Shown: positions 50,996 to 64,000 of the stretch, piece after piece | Layout: each line of letters begins with the position of its first letter | Numbering within the stretch: the stretch's first letter is position 1 | From: Oikopleura dioica | Lineage: Eukaryota > Animalia > Chordata | DNA: 64,000 bases | Direction: 5' to 3' | Assembly (NCBI GenBank): GCA_907165135.1 | Contig: OU015567.1 | Coordinates: 11,222,001 to 11,286,000 of the forward strand | Made by a program: the position numbers and the translations under genes | The notes under the pieces: model-generated | Database searches by the model: none | Told to the model about the DNA's origin: nothing | The model's input: only the letters and a program-made list of their open reading frames with translations

Positions 50996-53409
50996 CTAAG
51001 GTTCGGCCATGCATTCGGCCATTGATCTGTACCACCAGTACGCGTGAATTTGAACGTTGAAGTCCTTCTTCTCCCTGGACTCTTTGCCGCCAGCGCGTTT
51101 CTCTTTGTACTCGTCGGCAAAGTCATCCCTGCCTCTCAAGCAAGCGTGGTCGTGCATCGTCCTTGGCGTTCCGCACCAAGCAGCGCGCAGTTTTCCCATT
51201 CCGTCAAGGAAGTACTCACGATGTCCGCGCTGTCCAAATACCGGATCTGAAAGCATAAGTTTAAAGAAAACAAAACACATTCTGAGTAAACAGTTTTCAA
51301 GTTCGAGGATGAAATTTCGCGTTTTCGTGTAATTATCGAACCTCAGCTTGCTTTTGAAAAAATATTTACAGGCTTGCACTCAAGTATAAGCCTCTAATTT
51401 AAGGCCGTGCTCTCCAGAATCTGGTGTGAAAATAAACCAATGCGAAAGTGGTTTTCAAGTAGAAGACCCGAGTTTATCCCCGGAAACCGCGTAGCAAATA
51501 ATTAAAAAATCCTACTCAAAATCGAAAAATATACATACCGTGTCTCACAGAACCCGCTGTGAGAGTCCTTCCCATGAAGAAATTCCTTGCAATTTGAACA
51601 ACGATGCAGTCATCCTCGTACCCCTTGACTGGGATAGTATTTGGCAGTGGTTCGCGCTTGAAGCAAAATCCATCATTTGCTGGTTCCAAGACGAGTTTAT
51701 TCGCTTCTTCCCATTTGATCTGTTCTTTTTTGTTGATGGAGCCGAAGACGAGGTCGAAACCAGTCTCGTCCAAAAAGTCCATCATGTATTTGATATTGCT
51801 GTTTTCGTCGAGGAAAAAATCGTCATCCATCCAGACAAAGTATTCTAAAAATGAAAAAATTAAATTAAAATTGAACGCGAAAAAACACACGTCGCTAGTC
51901 AAATTAGAACACCGGCGAGACATCAAAAGCCAGGTGTTATGGAAATTCAAGCTGAAAAGCGGGAATTTCAATGGTGTTAGTTGGATTTCATACTCTGCAA
52001 TTTAATTGAGCTCTCTCTCTCTTTCTAATGAGCTTTTTTGGGTCAAAGCTCGAGTATCACTTAACTGTAATGGATCTACTGAGAATGCTAATTATTTCCT
52101 GACATTTTTCTTGCAAGTTTACGTACCTGTTTTAACCTGACTGACTGCGAGAGCTCTTCCAGCAAAGAAACCCTCTTCTAGCGGCATTTTATATTGCTTC
52201 ACTGTTGGATATTTTTTCACGTCGATATCTTGATAATACTCCTTCGGATTATCATCAGTAACGATAATTGTGACGCCAGGATATTGCTCTAGAATTGAGT
52301 CGATCAGTCTGTACATGCAAGGGTAGCGGAGAAACGTTTTCGTCAAAAAGGTAACGCGATGCTGGAACTCATTTCCCTCGCGGTAGATAAGCACGGGCGG
52401 AGGTTTGATGCGGATCTTTTCGGAGGGCCAATTTACTTGATGATTTTGGTGCAACGTGAGCGCATCCGGCCGAGCCGGAATAACAATTGCTGATCAAAAA
52501 CGGATTTAAAAAATTTCCCTTTCCTGAATTGGAAATGAAGCGAACGCTTCAACGTCTCCTTCTATCGTTACTGTAACGTAGTCCATAAATGGCCGTGCAT
52601 CATATTGCCGAGAAGAATAAACCAAATTTTCGAAAAGCTGATTGATCATTCTTGCACTGGTCATTCCAACGGAGTAATGCGTCTCGCCACTCTTCGCTTC
52701 AATCTTTTTCACTTGTCTCAAACCTTCCAGAGTCGGAAATTCTCCAGATAAAGTCGTGATTGCCAGCGTCATTTTCTCTTCTGGCGCTACGTGAAGTTTC
52801 AAGTGAACGTTGAGAGAATCAAAGGGAGAAATTTCGTATCCGGAAGCGACGAATTCTAGCGGATTGTGAGCACGTGATATTAGAAGACGAGGATCAACAA
52901 GTTGGTGGAAGTTGTTCTGCCGCCATTTTGTGAAATCGTAGTTTCTAAAAACATCATCAAAATAATACATATTAAAAATTAACGAGCCAAATAAGATTAT
53001 TTTCAATAGAGCTTTTTTACCTGTATTTAGAGAGCTCCGAAATCTTTTCTTTCTCAAAAATCTCTGGCATTTCATTAATTGGATGTATCTTTCTTCCTTC
53101 ACATTTGCAAGTCTTCTCTTCAAAAAGCTTTATCCCAAAAGTTTCTTCTGGATTGAACGGAGCGGTAATCAGATCACCCCCTTGCCGAGGAATAAGAGCT
53201 TTCGTAAAATTCGCTTGGACAGGTGTGTCTGCATCATATGCAAAGGTATGAAAATCTCTGACAGTTTCTTCTTGTTGGACAACAGGAGACGGCTTTATAT
53301 CCTGAACTGTCGGGTAGCCTTGGAATAAATGTCCAGCGAGAAAGCCAAAGATAAATATTATTATGCTCTGAGTGGATTTTCCAAAAACATTTTGACAAAA
53401 TACCATCAC
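50996..53409 (-). CDS. B4GALNT: Beta-1,4-N-acetylgalactosaminyltransferase (B4GALNT1/2-like)
   Basis: N-terminal TM, CKCE, VTFLTKTFLRY, IIVTDD, GFFAGRALAVSQVKT, YFVWMDDDF, NFFMGRT and HREYFLDG. Confidence 0.85.
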
Positions 53410-56225
53410 TAAAAATTTCTTCTCTTAGGTGAACGAAAATGAGATCTTCACGAAAATGCGATGATTCTTTTATCCGCAAATGCGCATCTCGACATGGCTG
53501 TCATCGCTTATTAATAATAATAAATTGTCCAAAGAAATAAATCTTTTTCTAGCTTTTTTTCTTGAAAATCCCTTCCTTTATCGAGCAAATATCTCTCAAC
53601 CAGCTCATCGTTGAAACTGAATAACTTCAATTATATTTTATATCTCTATTCTCATTGTCGTTTTCAACATTCGTCTTCTCAGCATCCTCTTTCCTCTTTT
53701 CGAACTCTGGTTACGTTCGAATAAAGATTCGTTTTTGAAAGTCAGTGAATTTCTCGCGGCGCAAAATCTCAAAAAAAGAGCGGCGCTCTTGGAGCAGACT
53801 CGCGCACTTGCAAGTTACGAAAAACGATACGTTTGTTTGAAGGTCTTTGTTTGCGCTTTATAAATTTCATACTAAGATGCATGCGAGGGCTAATTATTCT
53901 CGTTTTTGTTTCTTTTCTTGACACTTTGATTACCTTTTTCTCTGTCTCGGAGCTAAAAATCTCTAGCCTCTTTTGAAGAGATAATCAAAATTAGGAGGGC
54001 AAAGAGGGTGATCAGCTTTTTTATGAGCTTTTGGTTATAAACTTAGGAAATTCGTACGAATGACTTCAGAGGGGCTTTTTATTGTTATTTTTGCTATTTT
54101 ACAAATTTGAAATAAGATAACTATTATAGAAAGATATTATCTTAAATCAGTTTACTTACCCATCACTAGGAATAAAATATCAGTAAGGAAAAATCGAAAA
54201 AGTTGCAAATGTTATCTATGTCAGAGTTGAAACCACAAGATCCGATCTCAGGGTACCCTCTAGTGGTAAGATCCCAAAGTCAATCTGCCACGAGATTTCC
54301 TTTGAGGTTAGCTTTTCTTACCATTATCCGTCGATGATTTCATTTCTCTCGAAGAATATCTTTCTTTTCTCTGCGCGTTATAAGATGTACTGAACCGTTG
54401 AATGCCTCAACTAACCTTCTGCACGTGATACATTTAAAAACATGGCCGGAGACATGTCCACTTGGGGAAGTTCTTCTACATTCTGTTTATGCTTTCTTAT
54501 AAATTCAATCTGAAATTCTAATTTTCCGCTTTTATCGACCTTTAGAGAGAATGGAGTTATTCGGACAATCTAAAGTAGGGTCGGACATTTTCGGAAGATG
54601 AGCGCAGACGGAACTAATATTTTTTCCGGAAGTACCTAAGGGCATCTACTTTCGTGTGCATGGGTTGTGCACGAGATTGCCACACTTTTGGTATTGTGAT
54701 TTAAATTTTAAAGCAAGAAAAGTTTCAGGTTAAAACGTCTTTGCAATAGTTCATTCTGAATGAATCATTCATGTAAAAAATTATACAGTAAAATGGAGTC
54801 AAAAACCTAAAAAAATGTAAAAAATGGCACGTTGAAATTCGTGTTTTTTTCGTAATATTGCGGCTCCACCAGCGCATTCTAATTTCTTCTTGATTACAGA
54901 GACTTAGCCCACGTGCGTACCGCAATAATGCAAAAAGTACGCTTGATGAAATTTCGCACCTGCACTGGAATCAATTTTCGTTCTTATCTGAAACTAGAGA
55001 CTCTAGTCTAGAGTACATTGAACGTTATTTGATCTGCTGTAGACCCGAGTCGTCGGGCCGCTTCGTTTCTTTTTTTTGAAAGGTTAACATGAAATGATTA
55101 TTTTAAGAACGTTCTGCTAAGATGTCGAAGAATCTCGTTAAGACTCATTTTTGGCGTCTTTACTACGTCGCGAAGCTTCAGACGGGACTCAAAGTAGTCC
55201 GTCGCGCGCAAAGCTCGTTCAAGTTCGTAAAGTTTTCTTATAAGGAATATGGCCCGAGCATGTGAGAAACAGGGCCAATTTCCTTATGGCAATTAGTGCC
55301 CTGCGGATGCCGTCGCCACACCCACTAATTCATACTAAATTTTCCCGATTCTAGAGCCAGTAATCACTAACAAATTTATTGAATGGCTCCACCAGAGATT
55401 AATCCGGGTTCCAACATGTCAGACGGGCTTTCAGGAATCAGAGATTCAAAAGGAAAGTTTCATTGATTTTCATCGATCATTCATTTTTTCTCGACTGTAC
55501 CAAAATAACCGAAAATTTTTAGTAATTCTTTTTTTTCGTATGAAATTATAGACTATAATTTTTAGTCTTGAGAGGCTTAAGATGTCAGAAAGCTGTAAGT
55601 ACGTTTATTGTCGTGAGACTTCAACTATTCTCAATTAAAAGTATTTATAGTTAGCTCATGGCCGGACGTCCGAAACCCTGCCAGTTTACGATGTAAGCGC
55701 AAGGCTTCAGACCAGACATTAGACGAACACGCCGACCCCGAAAATCCTGACTTCTTTTTGGAAAACTTCGATGTTGAAAAGTAAGTGGTTGATTCTTTAT
55801 GCTACCATTTTTGCCAAATTGAGATTGATTAGGTAACGCGTGCAGCTTCTCCCACTGAGTTGACACTAGAATCCAAAACATACAGATTCCATATTTGGAT
55901 AATCATCACGTGTTTGTACTCAAAGTGGTTTCAACTAGAACAGTAGCCCGCGGCTGGCCGACCCTCTTTTGGGAGAGCGTGATGTTGTTTCCCACACGCA
56001 ATTTTTGAAGTTATTTTATAGCAAGACTGCAAAGAGATATGCGAAAAACTCAGATAGACTCGAAGCTAAAAAGGCCTTTTGCTAAGGGTTGGAAATTCTA
56101 GTGTTAGTTGCGCAACAAACATCGTTATAAAAATACTCAGCTAGGCATTATTAACCCAAAAGACAGACACAGAATCAGAAGATGAACCCAACTATGACAC
56201 TGATTGTAGGAAAACGCGAAAGATC

Positions 56226-57849
56226 ATGGCACAAGAGAGCTTTCCTCGACAACGATTTGGACGGCCGTGCGACTCTTTTGATAAATACTGCGACCCAGCG
56301 AATCCGGTGATTGTCCGCGGCGAGCAAATTCTCGATGCGACGCATAGAATCAAGTCCGGCATCATTCGAACCCCCTGTAATTATTCGAAGATGTCCAGAA
56401 CACTTGGTCTAGACTTGTACCTCAAGAAGGATTACTTGCAAGTTACAGGCAGTTTCAAAGGTTTGTTTAAACTCACGCGTAGATAAATAAAAAAAAATTT
56501 ATAAAGAGCGAGGCGCACGATATGCATTGATAAAATTAAACAAGGATCAGCGAATGAAGGGAGTTATCTCTACCTCAGGTACTTTTTGCTCATCATCTAG
56601 AACACTTGAAATAACTAAATCTTTTAGCCGGTAACCATGCACAAGCACTGGCTTATCATGGACGAGACCTCGGAATTCCCGTAACTGTCTGTATGCCAAA
56701 AATCGCTCCTCTTGTAAAGGTTGAAAGCTGCCGCGAAATGGGTGCAGAAGTCATTCTCTACGGCGATTCTTTCGACGAAACCCGCGACCACGCAATGAAA
56801 ATTTCAGCTGAGCGCGATCTCACCTACATCAACGGATTCGATCATCCCGACGTCATTGCTGGACAAGGATCCGTCGGTGTTGAAATCCTCGATGATGTAC
56901 CTGACGTTGAATACATCATCGTTCCCGTCGGCGGTGGAGGCCTCATCGCCGGAATCGCGAAAGCTGTCAAGCATCTGAAACCCGACGTTAAAATTATCGG
57001 AGTTGAATCAGAGCGATGCCCAAGCTGGCAAACCCGTCAAATGCTCGGAAAGCACACAAAGTGTGTATGGTCCCAGTGGGGTGCGAAAAACACTATCGCC
57101 GACGGCTTAGCTGTTGCTGAAGTTGGCTGCAATGCTTATGCCACGTGCAATGATCTGCTTGAGAAGGTCATTTCGATTTCTGAAGACTGGATTTCGATTG
57201 CGATTCTGAGACTTCTTGAGAAAGAAAAAGCCGTGACCGAAGGTGGAGGTGCAGCAGGTGTTGCGGCCATTATCGCCAATGCTCTTCCAGAATTGCGGGG
57301 AAAAAAGTAAGAAACACTCATTTCGTCGAAATAAGCATTTTTTAAGAGTATGCACTGTACTTTGTGGAGGAAACATCGATGCATCGACGCTCACTCGTGT
57401 TATCGACAGAGGACTCACCGCGGAAGGAAGAATTATGCGTTTCACTGTCAATGTTCAAGATCGCCCTGGAGGAATGGTCGAAATGCTCAAAATTGTTTCT
57501 GATGTAAGTTTATCTTCGTCGTTTTAGAACTAAATTATGATTGCAGGTCGGTGCTAGTGTAAAAGAAGTTCAACACGACCGAATGTTGCTGACTGCATTT
57601 GTTTATAAAGTCGCTCTGATCGCAACTGTAGAAACTCGAGGTCGTGAAAATGCGCAGGTACGTAACTCTGTTGCAAGGACATGCTAGATCGATACTTAGG
57701 AACTGGTGCACAAGCTAAAGGAGAGATACAACGACGAAGTCACCTTCCATACTGTCAGCGCCTGCCACTACGGAGAACCTACTCCTGCTATGCTTGCCCA
57801 GTCAGCTGATCCCACGCAAGAAACAGTCTCGGAAGAAAATCTTGGATAA
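56226..57849 (+). CDS. PLP-dependent threonine/serine dehydratase with C-terminal ACT domain
   Basis: LKKDYLQVTGSFKERG, SAGNHAQA, GFDHPDVIAGQG, VPVGGGGLIAG, IADGLAV, GGNID and VQDRPGG. Confidence 0.92.
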
Positions 57850-58123
57850 AAGCTGTACGCGAATGCTCTGCTCTTGAAAATCTTTCTGTCTGGATAGCCC
57901 GTGATGCTTAATAAAAATCACTTATTTTTATCAAGTTGTAGAGTATACAGTGCATTCTATACACTGCCTCTGTAGAAAAATCCTTTGAAGTTCTTATGAC
58001 TAGTTATCGGTGACTAGTTATCACCAAGCAAAGAATACTCTCAGGCGTAACGATCACTGAAACAATCTAGTGTTCACGCCATATAAAATTAAGAGTCAGT
58101 CAAAATATCCCGGCCATTTTAAG

Positions 58124-59460
58124 ATGGCATCATTTTTGGGCATCTTGTTTGCTTACTTTTTTACCAGCAGCGTTCTATGTTGCACGAAGAAGAGTCCTCA
58201 TGTTGAGCTTGATTTGGATGAGGAAAACGTCTTGCTAGATCTTCAACAAAAGTAAAAAAAAAACTGTTTTTTCAACCCTTTCATTTTTTAAGTTTTACCC
58301 GAAAAGTTGGATCAAACGAATATACCAACGGAAGAGTCTATCATTTTCCACAGCATTCTGAATACTTCGGATATACAAGGCCTCTAGTTTTTGCTGACGG
58401 AAGTAAATTCTGTGAAGCATTTCGCGGTAGTCTCATCGTCCCAGAAACGGACGAAGAAATGCTGCTTGCTCAATCTCTTGGCATGACCTTACACGAAGAC
58501 TTTTTTAAAAGCGGAAGCAAGGAAGAAACTGAGAGGTACCAACTAACACACGGAAGCAGCTTCTATTCCCTTTGGCTGGGAATTGATAATTATAATCGTG
58601 GATGGATGACAAGCGCGGATAAACGGAGTATTGTCTCAAATTATTGGGCTGATCAGTACAGAGCAAATAGTATTATAGTAGTGCAGTTCAGAATCACCAA
58701 GTTTGAGTTTGACAGTAATAATCTCTCCAATGGCGTGAACAAAATGACAGTTTACTCATCAAGGTACCAATTCATAAAGCAAAACTATAATTCAATGCTT
58801 ATTTAAGTTCATGGGAGTCCGCCAAAGAAGAGCTGCTCAATGTTATTTGCGTCAACAGTACTGAATTAAACGATATTCAGAACTTAGGTTGTCCTTCAAA
58901 ATCGACCCTACTTTATAAAAAAATTTCAGAGACACTTACATTAAAAATTGTTAGTGGGGTAACAAATTATAACGCTTCAAATGTTTGTGAAGATAAATTC
59001 GGATTATCCACACCGACAATCGATACAGAGGATGATTTTAGGCTTTTCTACAAAATAGTGGAAATGAAGGAAAAGGTTTATTCAAGCAAGGATATTCCCC
59101 TTTCTTTGAATAAACCTTCGAAGCTTGGCTTCAACAGCTGGCGAGAGAAAAACCAGAATGCTTCATTTGACAACATTGACGAAATAATAACATTTTCTGA
59201 GAATCAAACAGTCAAATTTCTGATTCAAGGGAACGCTAGAATGCTCAAATTAGCTGCTCGAGGCAGAAACGATGTTTTAATGCAATTGGAAAGGCTATAC
59301 ACAGTGCTTATTTAATTTTTTTTTTAAATCAAAGTCGATAGCCTGCGAAGGATACGAAAATTGGCCTTGCAAGCTTACTATGGGAGAGAAACAAGCCTAA
59401 ATCAACCATTGGAAAATGGGAAATTGAAAGCTACGATCCTGCACTTGTACTTTTAGTTTC
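58124..59460 (+). CDS. Secreted C-type-lectin-like protein, multi-exon, end uncertain
   Basis: Signal peptide, FADGSKFCEAFRGSLIVPETDEE and LWLGI. Confidence 0.45.
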
Positions 59461-59699
59461 TCCCAATAAGCAATCATTTTTCTTTTCAGTATACTCATTT
59501 CGTCTTGTGCAAAGCAAATTTGAAGCGAGGACTTGGATTCAAGGGAACTTCGCTCATCACAAGCTCTGGAAAATCGACAAAATACGCATCTGCTACGCTT
59601 TGTACTTTTATCTCCACATTCTGTCTATTTCACTTTCTCTAAATTCGTTATCACTCTTAGACGATCACGTACTCAATAAAAAGTTGAACTTTGATCGCA

Positions 59700-61013
59700 T
59701 GAGTAACAGTCAATCTATTTGCTCACATTTATTCTCTGATGATGAATGCTCGAGAAAAGTATAAGATGTTTTACGAAAACCCCTTTTCTAGCATTAACGA
59801 TTTGAGTTCGTTCCAAGAGAATGCCAAGCCATCGATTCTTCGCAAATTCTTTGACGCGATGCCCACCTTCCGAGTTGCTCTTCATCAGCAAACGTCGTGT
59901 CTAAATAGTTCCGATTCACAAGGGCTTGATGCGAAGTTTATTATTCCTTTTGGGCGTCCCTATACAACCATTTATCAAGAAATTTTCAACAATACATTCT
60001 GCTTCTCAACGAAAGAAGCTTATCACGAAATCAAGGAGAAGTCTTATTTCGCAAAATATTGTCAACTTTTGTCAGAAAAAGAAAGTGTTATAAAAGAGGT
60101 ATGCTTTTCGAAAGAAAAATAAAAAAAAAAACTATTTTAGAATGAGAAAGAAATAGAAAAACTGAAGAATCAAAATGAAAGACACGGATCAGAAAACAGA
60201 AATCATTGCCGAAAGATAATCGAGTTCTATAGGCGAGAAGAAACATTAAAAAATGAAATACGTGAGCTGCAAGATATTGATGCGACCCACCTCATGGAAC
60301 TAAGTGCATTGAACGGCAAAGCGATACAGCGAGAAAAGCGATTAAATGACGAAGTTTTTCATCTTCTGAGCATCGAAAGGCAACAAGAAAAAACGATTCA
60401 AGAATTTAGCGGAAAATGCGCAGCACTCAGAAACGAAATTAAAAATTTGCAGCAGAGTATAAGCCGCAAAACTAACAAAAATACTGAGTTATCGAAAAAA
60501 TTGGAGTCCGAAAAGAAATCGACCCGAGATGCCAGTCAAAAAATCAAGGAATACCATCAACTTGTGCAAGTTCTAGAGGACGAGTGTCACCAAGCAAGGG
60601 AGACTAATCTTCAACTACTTGCTGAAATCAAAGAAGAAAACTCAAAACTCAAAAAAGAGAACCAGGGTCTTAGCAGAGCGCTCACTAGAAAGCATCAACA
60701 GCTTGAATCTGCTAACTCAGAACTGGAAATTTCTGCGAAAAGACAGAAAGAGTCCGAAGATGAAATCGCATCCCTCATGCAACTTCTTCAAAAAAATCAA
60801 AACGACGGTATTTCAAACAACGAATCATCAAATGAATGTCCGATTTGCTTTTCCGAATACGAAGTTGGAAGTCATCAATTGTCGTGTTTTTCTGCCTGTG
60901 GTCACATATCCTGCTCTTCATGCATTCAAACAGTACTTTCGTATCAAAGTATATGCCCATTCTGTAACTGTGACAAGAAAAGCCAGAGAATAATAAAACT
61001 GTATCATGCGTAG
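59700..61013 (+). CDS. Coiled-coil protein with C-terminal C3HC4 RING
   Basis: Long heptad-rich segment, then ECPICFSEY...ACGHISCSSCI...CPFC...IIKLY. Confidence 0.7.
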
Positions 61014-64000
61014 TTGCTATTTTTTGATAAAATTAAGTGAAAAAATAGGTCAGAAAACGCCGTTAATTGACGTTCATTTCGTCGTGTAATCGGGACATTC
61101 TTTCGTTTCAGAATATTTTTTGCAGAAAATGACAATTTGAGGTTCACTGCTCATCTAAAATGAATGAAATATAGTCAATTACGGCTGCTGGCGACTCTTC
61201 AGTAAAATATCGTTTACGGGATTAGGGAGCAGAAGACTTTGTTGTTTCAGAAAGATAATTATTTTCACAAGAAGTCTTTGAAGCGCCCTTGAGCCGAGAC
61301 CCGCTCCAGCGCAAGAAAAAATTACACCAGCATTTGCCAGCTGCGCTTTCTGGCTCTTCCCACTGGCTTAGCGCCGATCAGCGCCTTTGCCACTCGCAAA
61401 ACTCCGATAATCCGACGCCAAGCTCTTCGACTCCCAACATCCAACAGGCCAAATCCGAAATAAGCTAAATTTGCTAAACCTAAATCTATCTAATGATGTT
61501 TACACAAAAATTGTCGAGTTCTCATTCTTCAAATCATTTGTTTTAAATCCCGATCTACCAAATACAAAATACTTGGTTTTTGGGCCAAAGAAGTAATTTT
61601 TCCAAATGCCGCCAATTTGACCGTCAAATGATGATTGAGCGTTACTTGATTTTATTGAAAAATTTAATAGCGCACCTGAGTTAAGGTTTCTCACCAATTT
61701 TCGCCGAGTTCACATGATTGATTGACCATTTTTTGGTCAGCAAAGAAAAGAAGAAAACCAACACTGTCTCACTATTATTTCAAATAATTATGCATGTGAC
61801 ATGCAGCATGTCCAACTTGCAAGGCCAAACACCATGTAAAAAGGCGGCTTTGAACATGTTCACAATGAGAAGTTGACAGGCGAAAATCGATGCATTAGCG
61901 GCCCAAAGTCGAGCAAAGCGAACAAGAGGTGAATTATGACGGTGGAAGAAAAGCTGCCCTCGGCTATTGGTGGCGAAATGGCGATGTTGATATTTATTTT
62001 TTATTTTTTTAAGTTAAATCTCTTTTCTTTATTTGTTATAGAAAAGATTATCTCCATCAAAAGCGCATCAAATGCCTATCGATCATCATAAAATCAAGTT
62101 TACAACACAACCTCCTTTATTGTCAACAACTCATTACTTGTCTCATAAGAGATCAAAAAATAACGATAACACCGTTCATTAACAATAACAATTACTGATA
62201 AGAACAAACAGAAAAAAGCAAAGCGCCCTCTTTTGGAGATTCGTGGTTAGCGCTCGCGCGCCGCGCTTAATCGGCAAAAAAACGCGCTCTGAAGGGAAAA
62301 ATCGCTGTTCTTTTTTTCCTTGTTTTTGCTTTTTTGGAAACTCCCTTAATAAGGGACCCTTATTTTTTATCACTATCTGCGTTGAAATAGAGAGATAACG
62401 AAGAAGAATTGCCGAAAAGAAAAAGACTCGGAAGAAAAATTACGAAGGCGAATCAATGTGCGTTGTTTGCTAAGTGCGGATTAAAAATCAAAGACACTTT
62501 TGAACTTGGGCGCCGATAGAACAACGAAAAACATACATTCCTACTCTCGGTAGTACAGAGAGACCACAGCACAGAGATTTCGCGTGAATAATAAAGAACT
62601 TCAGAAGACTGCGATAAAAAGTTTATGGCCGAATAAGGAAGGGATAAATCTTCTATTAAAATTTATAAATGGCCCACTCCTCTAGAAGAAAAAAATTTAA
62701 CTAGAAAGGGCATTTTAACTTCTCATTTTGAAAGTTGAATTGAAATGCATTTCTTTGAGAATCAGAAAAAAACGCGTAAAAAGATAGAGACATTTATTGG
62801 GTTGATTTGGCCAAAGAAAATTCCCAAGAGAGCGCTCGGAGCCGCATTACCGAGGAATTAGGCAGCTCATCCAAAGGCGCTAAACCTCCAGAGAGACGCC
62901 GCAAGAAGAAAAAAGGATGAGAACGCGACGATGAGCTGAAAATGCAGATTCAGCCGAAATCGGCACTCTTTTGTTTACTTTCTATTCAAGGTAAGAAAAT
63001 TTTTTTAATTGTTTTATGATAAATGGGCAAAAATGAGTGCTTTTCTAATTTTCAAATAATTTGGGAAATCAGCACTTTTCAAGTGTGACTGATCTTGTCT
63101 GAATATATCCGGCGAGTCAGACTGTTCAGACAAATTTTTCTGAAAGAAGCCTCGAGCCCAAAGGTTTTTCTTTTCTTCTTTTGTGATCGCTGAGTTTTAT
63201 GTGGCTGGTAAGATCAAAGGCGAGGAAGAGCGATTTTGTTTAGTTTTTTCTCTCATTCAAGGGAGGTAGTAAAATTTAACCAACGCCAGCGTGTTGACTC
63301 ATGAACTGGACAAGCGCTGCTCATGACATGCCTGGACATTTTCAGATTTATCGGACCTGAAGCCAATTTTCGGAGACCCTTTTTGGCGGGAAGAACTTCG
63401 TCTTTTGATGAATTGCTGGTCTTATTATTACTTTTATTGGAAGACTTTCTGAAGTATAAAACTGTTGTTATCAATTTTCGCTGACGACTTTAATAATTTC
63501 CGTCAAGCTTTTTCGAGGCTTTAGAACTTTTTATAGAATCGTCGCCAACAAGTCCAATTGATCACATTCAACGTCGCGCATTCGTGATCGAGCGAGCCAT
63601 TTCAGACTTGAGATGTTCAAATTTTCAGAGTTTTTTTCTCAAAATTTGGCTTGGATGTTCGCCAATGAGTACGGATGCTGTTGATCAATGAGACGGAGTA
63701 ATTGAAGCGCTCGTTTCAACCCCTTGAAAGGGAATTAACGCGTTTTTTGCATAATTTAGAGCCAATTTAAGTCCATTCTTTTGACGAATTGAGATCAGAG
63801 GGATGCTTGTTTTGAAAGCGGAACTTGTATTTGAACATCTTATAAATACCTTCAAAATAGAGTTTGATTTGTGGCAGAAACTTAAGGCTACGGGGGTCGA
63901 CGAGGCTCTAACCATGGCCTTATTCCGGGAAACTCACAAGAGTTGGAGGCTTGGATCTTTCATTAAGAGTTAATTTGAACCTAGATCTTGATTTGTATAG

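Noticed and set aside
53500-56100. Scattered exon-like fragments, including a WP motif faintly like PTP domains near 54430
   Set aside because: No coherent gene model or catalytic HCxxGxxR motif could be assembled.
56226-57849. Bacterial-like threonine dehydratase as a recent horizontal transfer
   Set aside because: ACT-containing dehydratases of this type occur in invertebrates, and the gene has normal host introns.
61100-64000. Short ORFs at the right end of the window
   Set aside because: No recognisable domains and no consistent splice model.

Overview
Eukaryotic genomic DNA with very short (mostly 35-75 nt) spliceosomal introns, some GA-AG or GC-AG, and tightly packed co-oriented genes with acceptor-like (t)ttcAG just before ATG. 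This pattern points to a larvacean tunicate such as Oikopleura (inference). The window has two halves. From about 36.0 to 64 kb it is ordinary host DNA: a minus-strand operon-like cluster (GOSR1, ISWI, CBLL1/Hakai, PSMB3, an unknown gene, MESD, 5' part of FHOD), tRNA-Asn, a B4GALNT-like gene, threonine dehydratase, a C-type lectin-like gene and a RING protein. From 1 to about 36.0 kb is an accessory block of at least 36 kb, open at the left window edge, that appears to sit in an FHOD intron. It carries a Mutator-type (MULE) DDE transposase together with a divergent replication kit: two full-length PCNA paralogs, a third clamp-like protein, a PCNA-like domain fused to the primase catalytic subunit, the primase Fe-S subunit, a double-BRCT RFC1, a strongly diverged histone H4 and several RING proteins. 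The block is marked every 2-7 kb by a polar GNA-triloop hairpin motif whose orientation flips across the interval where the A/T strand skew flips. The same hairpin forms a tandem array at the right end. Best reading: a candidate giant transposon or virus-like replicon with its own clamp, loader and primase module. Exon boundaries were read by eye and multi-exon coordinates are approximate.
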